Source: a virus. Taken from it: DNA of 41,152 nucleotides. How positions within the stretch are numbered: position 1 is the stretch's first letter; each line of letters starts with the position of its first letter. The stretch spans positions 1 through 41,152 of IMG/VR virus record IMGVR_UViG_3300009320_000045; one strand, 5' to 3'. A program made the position numbers and the translations under genes. Below the pieces are notes generated by a model that ran no database searches, was not told where the DNA came from, and saw only the letters and a program-made list of their open reading frames with translations. Positions 30,538-38,736 of this stretch are shown piece by piece.

Positions 30538-32063
30538 TGCCTAAAATCCCACAATATCAAGGTGAAAAGAAAATAGCGCCTCAACGGATTGCTCCTCGCG
30601 TGCCTCCTGGGTTGATGTCAGGATACGGTCAAGCCATAGAAAAAGTAGGGGATGCGCTCCTGGCGGTAGAGGAGCAAACCCGGAAGGTTCGTACCGTCCA
30701 TGAAGTAACGCGCTCTACTGTAGAAGCCAACAAGCAGATCATGCAGATCCAGACCGAAGCCCTCCAGGACCCTGATCTGGACCGAACCCTCCCGGAGTAC
30801 CAAGCGCGGATTCGCCAGGTGGCCAACGAATCCGGCAACATGATCTCAGATCCGATGGCGCGCTTGCAGTTTAATGCCAGGATGTCCACCGACATCACCG
30901 CCTTGGATTTCAAGCTCGGCGCGGAGGCCAGGAAAACACTCAGCGTCAAAGCGAAGGCAGCCCTTGAGGACAGCATCGAGATTGCGAAGGAGCGCTATCA
31001 TCAGGCGCCCAATCAGAAGCTCAAGGAGCAAATCGAGCAGCAGGTAAACATGGAAATCCTGGAGCATGTTGAGAGCAAGGCAATAAATCCGCTTGAGGGT
31101 AAGAAACTCCTGGAATCCCTTGGTGATGATTTCAGGATCTCAGACATTGAGAAGCGGATCAGTGCCGATCCAGAAAGCGCCAGGCAGATTCTACGAGCCG
31201 GGCAGCATGGCATTGATGATCCCAAGAAGGTACAGGAGCTTCTGAAAAAGGCGGATGCCGCTTTTCACAAACAGATCAAGGCCGGAGAGAAGCTCCTGTC
31301 GGATATGCACGACCGCAACGAAATGGACATGATGAACCTGCTCATGGATGACAAACTCTCCCTCGAACTGGTGGAATCGATGGCCAACACCAGTGATGTC
31401 ACTCCGGATTTTGCTGCCGCCCTGGAAGAAAATCTGCTGTCCGATAAACGCTATGTGGAGGTGTCCGATAAACGAATTGAGAATGAACTCCATAAGCAGG
31501 TTTACTCGGATAAGGGGCGAACCAGCAAGGACACCCGCGAACTCATGCTCGATCTTATAAAAGCCAACACCCGCGGGGAGTTGACCGTTGAGGACATGAG
31601 AGCAATGGCGGGGGTCATTGATTCCGAGTTTCAGGATGCTTCGCTCAAGGCCAGGAATAACCTTTTTGGGCGGTACTGGCGCATGATCGAAAAGTGGGTC
31701 AACACCATCGGTGACGGCCATCCAGAAACCATCCTGCGGATGTCCAAGAAGGCCATCGAGAAGTTCCAAAAGGGCGACATCGATGAGAAGGAGATGAGCC
31801 AGGAGGTCAAGGGTCTGATCCAGGAGGAGATCCGGCGCCAGCGGCCGGAACTCTTGGCCGTAGAGGGCGAGGTTGATGCCATCGCAGATGAAGGCGGGAT
31901 CAGCCAGCTGACAGATACCGAGGTTCCAGCGGAGATCGAAGAAGCCAAAAAGAAGGCAGAGGCAGCCGGTAAGATCCTAGTCCGCCAGAAGTCTGATGGG
32001 GTTTTTGGCACCATTACGCCAAAGGAGTACGAAGAAGCCAAGGAGCAATTCGATAAGTTCTGA
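30537..32063 (+). CDS. internal virion / ejection protein B-like (gp15 position)
   Basis: TAATG coupling. 508 aa, largely helical. Positional assignment. Confidence 0.5.
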   Translation: MPKIPQYQGEKKIAPQRIAPRVPPGLMSGYGQAIEKVGDALLAVEEQTRKVRTVHEVTRSTVEANKQIMQIQTEALQDPDLDRTLPEYQARIRQVANESGNMISDPMARLQFNARMSTDITALDFKLGAEARKTLSVKAKAALEDSIEIAKERYHQAPNQKLKEQIEQQVNMEILEHVESKAINPLEGKKLLESLGDDFRISDIEKRISADPESARQILRAGQHGIDDPKKVQELLKKADAAFHKQIKAGEKLLSDMHDRNEMDMMNLLMDDKLSLELVESMANTSDVTPDFAAALEENLLSDKRYVEVSDKRIENELHKQVYSDKGRTSKDTRELMLDLIKANTRGELTVEDMRAMAGVIDSEFQDASLKARNNLFGRYWRMIEKWVNTIGDGHPETILRMSKKAIEKFQKGDIDEKEMSQEVKGLIQEEIRRQRPELLAVEGEVDAIADEGGISQLTDTEVPAEIEEAKKKAEAAGKILVRQKSDGVFGTITPKEYEEAKEQFDKF

Positions 32064-35000
32064 TGCCATTTGAAGCCCTTGAAAAACAGCCCCTTTGGAA
32101 GCCCAACGGATCAGAGGTAAAAGAAGGTCCCGCTACTGGGTTTGAACCGCTCGAGAAGCAGCCGGGGGGCGCTGAACAGGCCACTATGCGGATCCTTGTA
32201 GCTGACAGGGGAGAAGTCGCTGAGATCCCTCGATCTGCCACCAGGGACCAGGTTGAGGATGCTCTGGCCGGCTTCTATGCTGAGGACCCTTCTGAGGTTC
32301 CTGGCCTGTTTCCTGAGCATGAGGAGCAGTGGAAAGGGCAAGGTTCCATCGGTGTTCATGAGCTTGCCAAGCGCCGGGACCTCCTGGAGCTATCGCAGCT
32401 TGTCCCGGTCTATGGAACCGTCGAGGATGCCATTGATTCCGTTTCCCTGCTGGCTACCGTCAACCGCTTGAAGGCCAACACTTACGGCGCCGATGCCGAC
32501 ACCAAGCAGAAGGATGTCCAGCGCGTAGTCCAGTTCCTTCTCTTATCCGAGGAGGAGCGGGTGCGCGGGTACACCATAGGCGGCCGGATCATGAGTGGCG
32601 CCTCCCATGTGCCGGCATTTATCGGGGAGTTCCTTCTTACTGGCGGTCTTGCCTCAATCGGCAAGGAAGCCTTCAAGAGGTCCGTAGCTCAGATTGCAAA
32701 AGGCATCATCAAATCCAGCGCCGATGACATCACCAAGGCATTTGTAAAAAGCCAGGTAGCGCGGGGGGCAACAAAAGTCGGGGCAGCCATGGCAGGATCA
32801 GCTACCCGATTCCCGGCCTTCACGCAATACGCGGTCAACAAGTATGCTCAGGACCGGGTGCAGGGATCCATCGAAATGACCGAAAAGGGCGAGGTCCTGC
32901 TGAAAGACATGGAGGAGAAGCCCTACACGACGTTCATGCGCGCGGCCGCAGACACCTACATCGAAATCTTGAGCGAGGTAGCAGGACCCGGAATCAAGGC
33001 TGTTGGCGCCAAGGCGCTTCGCCCCATAGGGGGCATGATCCCCAAGAAGATCGCTACTCGACTTGCCCCTATCATGCGCCGGATGAATCCAGGCAAGAAG
33101 GCCGAGAATCTGTTTACGCGCGCGGGGGTCAGCGGCTTCCTGGAGGAGTACGGAGAGGAGCGCCTGGGGGGTTTCCTGCGCGCCACCTTCAACGTCAACG
33201 ACTTCGGGACCGGAGAGGGCGCCAACGTCTTTGACCGGATCGTGGCCTCTTGGCCACAGGGAGAGGATGCCCTGGTAGAGATCGGGGTGCTGGCCTTCCC
33301 GCAGGGAGCGCGCCTTGGGGTTTCTGAGGGTTTCAACTTCGTGGCGAGGCGCAAGGAGGCCAAAGCAGCCGAAGTAGAAAAAAAGGCCGCTGAGAAGGCC
33401 AAAATTGAAGAAAAGCCCCCCATCCCGCCCACTGAGGCACCGGTCCCCCCAACCGCACCAGAAGCCCCCGCAGTAGCCGAACCTACGCCCCCTGTGGTGG
33501 AGGAGCCGGAGGCCAAGGTATTGCGGGAGCGAGAGGAGGAGATCGAAAAGGAAGCCCCCGAAACCGAAGCCGAGGCCGAAGCCCGGATTGCCCAGGAAGA
33601 TTTGATTGAGGACGAATACCTCACCGAAGAAATCAAGCGAATCGGCAAATTCCGAAAGACCAAGGATATCCAGGAGGAGCAGCGCGCGATCCCCCGCATT
33701 TTCATCACCACCGACCCCAACGCAAAGACAATGGATGAGGTGGCCACCGATCTGAAAATGACCCAAAACGAGCTTCTGGAGCGGGTCAAGCAAATCGGGG
33801 AACAACTCAAGGGCAGAAAAGCGCGGGTCAGCGCAGCCAAGCAGACGGTCAAGCAATTCGAGAAAGTTGAGCGCCTACGCCAGAAGCGCGCAGCCATCAG
33901 GGAAAAGGCCAAGCAGAAGAAGGCAGACATTGAGCAGATCAAGCGGGACCTGATCGAATACATCACCAAGAACCTTCGCCTTGAGGAGCGCGGCCGCAAG
34001 GAGCTTTTCCAGAAGGTCAAAAACGTCAAGAATCAGGAACAGCTTACCAAGGCGCTTGACCGGGTGGATGAATTGGCCGAGCTTCAAGCGCAGCGCTTCC
34101 TCATTGGCAGAATCAAGAAGGAACTGGACACCGCCAAGATCCGCAAGGTGTCCGGCCGGCCGGTAGGCAAGTTCACCGCCAAGACGCAGCAGCTTCTTGA
34201 CCTCTCCCGCCAAGCGTTCAAAATGACGCCGGAGCAAGCGGCAGAGGCCATCCAAAAGAATGTTGAGCAGTACGCTGACCAGATCCCCCCTTCTGAGATT
34301 GCCCTCCAGAACAAGGTCCTCTCCACCATGGCCAGAGCCAGAACCATGACCAGTGTTGAGCTTGCTAAGGTGCTTAGTGTAATCCGGTCCTTCAAGGAGG
34401 GTGGCCGCAAGGCGAGGCAAGAGCAACTTCTCCGCGAGGAAGCAGACCTGGACGCCAAGCGCGAGATCGCCAGGCACGTCATTGAATCGGCAATACCGGC
34501 AGAGCGGATCCCCACATCCCGAGGCGAGAACGCAGACGACAAGCTCTTTGGGTGGTGGAACCGCATGACCGCCCACTTCTTAGGATGGGACAACTTGATG
34601 AACCGGCTCTCCTCCGGGGACCGCACCACCACCACCAACCAGTCGGATCTTTCCAAGATTGCGAAAGTATCTCCGACTGAAACTGCGGAGAAAAAAGGTG
34701 TCCGATTACAGACCGAAAAATTCCTCAAAATGTTTGATGCTGCTTTCGGCACTAAGACCAGCAACCAACGCAGAAAGAAATGGGCGAAGGATGCCAAACG
34801 CAAAGAGCTTGGCACCTTTAAGAACGAAAAGGGACAGAAGATCAAGCTGGAACTCTCCGTGGCGGAAGCGCGAAAGCGGGTCATGGAGTTTCGGGATCCA
34901 ACGCTGATCGACACCTTTACTGACGTGCGCGGTATGGCCTATACCTCTGAAATGATGAAGGCCATCGAGGGGATGTTGAGCAAGCAAGATCAGGCATTTG

Positions 35001-36514
35001 TGGACGCGCAGATGGATTTCTACCGAGATTACTACGTCGAGTTCAATATCCCCTATTCCGAAGCGTATGGTGTCAACCTGCCGCAGAACAGGTATTACAG
35101 CCCCATCGCCAGGAAGTCTGCCAAGAAGGAAGCACTGGTCGGTGAGTTCATGGATGAGATCCAGTTGCGTCGCTCGATAGTGCCAGGCGCTGCAAAGCTC
35201 CGGGTCCGTACCCTGGCAGAGATCCGGCAGCAGAACGATGTTGATGTCTTTATCAAGCACATCACCCAGGTTGAGCATTTCAAGGCGTGGAGGAAAACTA
35301 TCCGGATGCTCAATTCCATCTTCGGGGATGCTGAGATCCGGGATGCCATCAGGGAAACCCGCGGCGCCGTTACCCTACGGATCATTGATAGGTATATCGG
35401 GCGCTTCACGCGAGGCAACCGCAATCTTGAGGAAACCTGGCTGGATCATGTTATCAACACCATCAAGAATAACTATACGATCTCGGTGCTGGCCATCAAG
35501 GAGGCTATCCAAATCAAGCAGCTTGTATCCTTCCCGGCTTATGCTGATGCCATTCCGGTTGTGGATTTTGTGGAAGGGCTGCTTGACTTTGCAAAAACTC
35601 CCTCAAGCGCAATAGAAAAAACAAAGTTGCTTGCTCAATCTGAGGTCATGCAAGCGCGCGGCCTGGGCTTTACTCCTGAGCTTCAGGAAGCCCTGCGGGA
35701 TAAATCATTCTCTCTCTTTAAGCGAAGTCCCACATGGGCAAGCAGAGCATTGATCCTCACTCGAATCGGGGACCGCGGGGCGATCTACTTCGGCGGCTGG
35801 AGCATCTACCGCTACCACCGCAAGCTCGGCAAAAGCCATGAAGAAGCAATGCGAATGTTCGAGGATGTCACCAGCGAAACTCAGCAATCCGCTGACCTCT
35901 CTCAGCTTTCAGAGTTCCAATCCGGCAACTCATTCCAGCGCCTCTTTGCCGTATTCCTCTCAGCGCCTAACCAGTATTTCAGGAAGGAACTCACCGCCTA
36001 TGAGGATCTGATCGCTGGCCGGATGCCGGTCAAGCAGTTCGCCAAGCGCATCATGATCTACCACTTCATCCTGCCGATGCTGTTTCAATTCATAGTAGAT
36101 GGCCTGAAATGGAAAGAGGATGAGCAGAAACGCGCAGCGATTCTTGGATCCCTGAATGGCTTTTTTGTTATTGGTCAACTTCTCGATGGACTCATCCGGG
36201 CAGCACTCAGGATGAAACCTTGGCGGGTTGGAACGGTGCTGGACAGTCTGATTGAGGACAGTATCCGGATGATGTCGAAACTGACAGCAGACGATCTCAC
36301 CGATCAGGATTTTTGGGAAGCGGTCGAAGATGGCGTTTCGCTTGCCGGAAAGGGTACTGGTGTTCCAGCTCAACAGGTCATGAACATGAAAAAGGGGTTT
36401 GATCTGATCGCTGACGGTGAGGTTGAGAAGGGTGTTAAGCTGATCGCCGGCTGGTCCGAGTATATTCTGGACGGACCGGAGAATCGCAAGGGTGGCCGTA
36501 GATTCAGAAAGTGA
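32063..36514 (+). CDS. large internal virion / ejection protein (gp16 position), 1483 aa
   Basis: TGATG coupling. It is the largest ORF in the window. A Pro/Glu/Ala-rich linker (KPPIPPTEAPVPPTAPEAPAVAEPTPPVVEEPE) is followed by long charged helices. No muralytic motif was recognised by eye. Confidence 0.6.
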   Translation: MPFEALEKQPLWKPNGSEVKEGPATGFEPLEKQPGGAEQATMRILVADRGEVAEIPRSATRDQVEDALAGFYAEDPSEVPGLFPEHEEQWKGQGSIGVHELAKRRDLLELSQLVPVYGTVEDAIDSVSLLATVNRLKANTYGADADTKQKDVQRVVQFLLLSEEERVRGYTIGGRIMSGASHVPAFIGEFLLTGGLASIGKEAFKRSVAQIAKGIIKSSADDITKAFVKSQVARGATKVGAAMAGSATRFPAFTQYAVNKYAQDRVQGSIEMTEKGEVLLKDMEEKPYTTFMRAAADTYIEILSEVAGPGIKAVGAKALRPIGGMIPKKIATRLAPIMRRMNPGKKAENLFTRAGVSGFLEEYGEERLGGFLRATFNVNDFGTGEGANVFDRIVASWPQGEDALVEIGVLAFPQGARLGVSEGFNFVARRKEAKAAEVEKKAAEKAKIEEKPPIPPTEAPVPPTAPEAPAVAEPTPPVVEEPEAKVLREREEEIEKEAPETEAEAEARIAQEDLIEDEYLTEEIKRIGKFRKTKDIQEEQRAIPRIFITTDPNAKTMDEVATDLKMTQNELLERVKQIGEQLKGRKARVSAAKQTVKQFEKVERLRQKRAAIREKAKQKKADIEQIKRDLIEYITKNLRLEERGRKELFQKVKNVKNQEQLTKALDRVDELAELQAQRFLIGRIKKELDTAKIRKVSGRPVGKFTAKTQQLLDLSRQAFKMTPEQAAEAIQKNVEQYADQIPPSEIALQNKVLSTMARARTMTSVELAKVLSVIRSFKEGGRKARQEQLLREEADLDAKREIARHVIESAIPAERIPTSRGENADDKLFGWWNRMTAHFLGWDNLMNRLSSGDRTTTTNQSDLSKIAKVSPTETAEKKGVRLQTEKFLKMFDAAFGTKTSNQRRKKWAKDAKRKELGTFKNEKGQKIKLELSVAEARKRVMEFRDPTLIDTFTDVRGMAYTSEMMKAIEGMLSKQDQAFVDAQMDFYRDYYVEFNIPYSEAYGVNLPQNRYYSPIARKSAKKEALVGEFMDEIQLRRSIVPGAAKLRVRTLAEIRQQNDVDVFIKHITQVEHFKAWRKTIRMLNSIFGDAEIRDAIRETRGAVTLRIIDRYIGRFTRGNRNLEETWLDHVINTIKNNYTISVLAIKEAIQIKQLVSFPAYADAIPVVDFVEGLLDFAKTPSSAIEKTKLLAQSEVMQARGLGFTPELQEALRDKSFSLFKRSPTWASRALILTRIGDRGAIYFGGWSIYRYHRKLGKSHEEAMRMFEDVTSETQQSADLSQLSEFQSGNSFQRLFAVFLSAPNQYFRKELTAYEDLIAGRMPVKQFAKRIMIYHFILPMLFQFIVDGLKWKEDEQKRAAILGSLNGFFVIGQLLDGLIRAALRMKPWRVGTVLDSLIEDSIRMMSKLTADDLTDQDFWEAVEDGVSLAGKGTGVPAQQVMNMKKGFDLIADGEVEKGVKLIAGWSEYILDGPENRKGGRRFRK

Positions 36515-36546
36515 TGTTAAAATGCTCTTGATAGGAGGAATTCATC

Positions 36547-37452
36547 ATGACTACAGAAGTAAAGCCGAGTATTCGCAAACAAATGGCGGAGGACGCCAGA
36601 GTGGATAAGATCGACGATTATGAGAAGCGGATTTCAAAGCTGCGCCAAGAGTACCTGTCCTATGAGAAGGCAATCTTTGAGGCCAAGAAAACGCTTGCGG
36701 ATGTCAACAAGCAAATAGCGGATGCCAAGCAAGCCGCAACGCAGGAAAAGCAGAGTGAGCTAGGTCCGCTTGAGAGTGACAAGAATAACCTTGAGAGCGA
36801 CATCAGGCGGCTCACCGCGCGCAAGGATACCCTCAAAAGAGAGGTCCAGCAGATTGAGGAGCAGCTTTCCAGGGACCGGGAAACCCTACGGACCTTGATG
36901 GCTGGTGTCGAGGAGGAGAAACGCGACGCTGCCGGCAAGCTGGCCGAAGCGGAGAAAACACGCACAGAAGCCCACCAAAGATTAAAAGAGGTCAACGCTC
37001 GGGAAGCAGAGCTTACCAGGATCGTTGAGCAGAACGAGGGTGTCCTGGCCAGCATCAAACAGGCCACCCAGGACCAGGAGCAGAAGAAAGCTCAGGTCAA
37101 CGCTCTGCTGGAGGAGATCAAGTCAAATCGCTTGGCAGAGGGCAAAGCCAAAGAGGAGGCAGAGGCAGCCAAGGCCGCAGCCGAACAAGCCAGGCAGAAG
37201 CTCCTGATTGCCGAGCGCGAGAAGGCAGAGTTGGCGGCCAAGCAAAAGGAAGCTGAGGACAGGTATCAAGCTGCCAAGGATCTCCATGAGGCCGCGGAAG
37301 TTCTCAAGAACGAGAACGTGACCAAGGAACTTGCGCTGCGTGATGTGGAGGATAGGTTGAATCGAGGGACCGCACAGCTTCGACAAGCGCAAGCGAAATT
37401 CGCTGAAGAAGTAGAAACGCACCGCAGAAACACAGGAGGCGACAATGGCTAA
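36547..37452 (+). CDS. long coiled-coil protein 1
   Basis: AGGAGGA RBS. 301 aa of almost continuous heptad-like, E/K/A/Q-rich sequence. Confidence 0.7.
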   Translation: MTTEVKPSIRKQMAEDARVDKIDDYEKRISKLRQEYLSYEKAIFEAKKTLADVNKQIADAKQAATQEKQSELGPLESDKNNLESDIRRLTARKDTLKREVQQIEEQLSRDRETLRTLMAGVEEEKRDAAGKLAEAEKTRTEAHQRLKEVNAREAELTRIVEQNEGVLASIKQATQDQEQKKAQVNALLEEIKSNRLAEGKAKEEAEAAKAAAEQARQKLLIAEREKAELAAKQKEAEDRYQAAKDLHEAAEVLKNENVTKELALRDVEDRLNRGTAQLRQAQAKFAEEVETHRRNTGGDNG

Positions 37453-37849
37453 TCCACAAACTCATGTTGTAACACTGGATCTAATTGACCTAGAGACAGG
37501 GGACGAACTTGCTGTGGCCAGCACCGCCACCGCATATTCAAAATCCTTTCTCTGGCCGCGGGGGTCCAGCTTTTCGCTTGAGTACCAATTCACATCTGAT
37601 GGTTCGGTTGATGTGAAGGTGGAGATTGAATCCGGGACATCAGCGCCAACCACAGAGGGATCAGCAGACACCGATAACTATGCCGTTGGCAATACCATCA
37701 GCAGCGGGATTACTGACGAGGTGACGCATTTCACTGCGCCATCCCCGACGGTATCTCAATTCTGCCGGCTGAAATTGACCGGGCAGGGGTCCAACGCCGC
37801 ATCGACGGTACTGAGCAAACTTAAACTCCACTACGTCCCGGCTGATTAG
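37445..37849 (+). CDS. beta-rich protein of unknown function
   Basis: GGAGG RBS and an 8-nt overlap. 134 aa, T/S/G-rich. Confidence 0.65.
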   Translation: MANPQTHVVTLDLIDLETGDELAVASTATAYSKSFLWPRGSSFSLEYQFTSDGSVDVKVEIESGTSAPTTEGSADTDNYAVGNTISSGITDEVTHFTAPSPTVSQFCRLKLTGQGSNAASTVLSKLKLHYVPAD

Positions 37850-37860
37850 AAGGAGGCACC

Positions 37861-38736
37861 ATGAGCGGCTACAAAGGAGCCGAACCTCCGGTGAAAACTG
37901 TCTCTCAGGAGAGTATGTCAAAGACAGCTAAAGAGCATCTTCATCGGGAACTTGCCGCCACCCAGCGCAAGATCCGGCAAGCCAATGGGCAGCTTGCCAA
38001 GCTGGAGGAAACCGAGAAAGCCCGCGTCTTGGCATCCAACCTGGACATCGCTACCAAGAAGGAACTCGTCGCTAAGCTCAACAAAGAGCTTGCGGACCTC
38101 CGCAACCGCATCGCCTCCGAAACCAAGTATTACGATGAGAGGAAGGCCGAATGGGAGCGGGAGATCCAGACGGCCATCGAAAGAAAACAGGGCATTGAGG
38201 CAGATACAGAGAAGGAGAAGCTAGACCTCTCGGACCAGTTTTCAGAGGTGGGGGCGCAGCGGCATGAGAACGAAAGCACCCGGACCGCGCTTGCTGCTCA
38301 AACCGCTCAGATCAAGGAGCGCTGGAAGGAGATTGCCAGATCAGAATCCCACCTCAAGGACCTACAAGAGAGCTGCACCAAGCTGGAAGCCAACCTGGAA
38401 TACCGCAAGGCCAATCTTGAGGATCTGATAAAAGAAAACCAGCGCTTGATTGAGGAATCCAAAAAAGCGAAGGCAGAGGCACAGGTAGTCATCCAGGGCG
38501 CAGAGGCCAAGCTCAAAGAGCTTCAAATCGCTACCGAGGAACGCCAGAAGTTTGACACGGCAGTTAAAGCCAACGATGAGCGCAGCGCTGCCTTAGACGC
38601 AGAGGCCGCGCGGCTTCAAGAGGAAGAAAACCGCCTCTCTACCTGGAACCGCTCTCTCCAGCAATTTAATGCCACGCTCACGCATCGAGAGAGAGCGATC
38701 AAGCAAGCAGAGAAAGGCATTGCAGAAGAAGATTGA
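37861..38736 (+). CDS. long coiled-coil protein 2
   Basis: AGGAGG RBS. 291 aa, heptad-like. The stop overlaps the TTG start of the fibre gene. Confidence 0.7.
   Translation: MSGYKGAEPPVKTVSQESMSKTAKEHLHRELAATQRKIRQANGQLAKLEETEKARVLASNLDIATKKELVAKLNKELADLRNRIASETKYYDERKAEWEREIQTAIERKQGIEADTEKEKLDLSDQFSEVGAQRHENESTRTALAAQTAQIKERWKEIARSESHLKDLQESCTKLEANLEYRKANLEDLIKENQRLIEESKKAKAEAQVVIQGAEAKLKELQIATEERQKFDTAVKANDERSAALDAEAARLQEEENRLSTWNRSLQQFNATLTHRERAIKQAEKGIAEED

Noticed and set aside
32798-34914. Long minus-strand ORFs (352, 357, 233 and 276 aa) antisense to the 1483-aa gene
   Set aside because: They are shadow ORFs. Their translations are low-complexity (Arg/Ser/Leu/Gly-rich). They lack RBSs and overlap one another. 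The + strand gene has coherent protein-like sequence and is translationally coupled to its neighbours.
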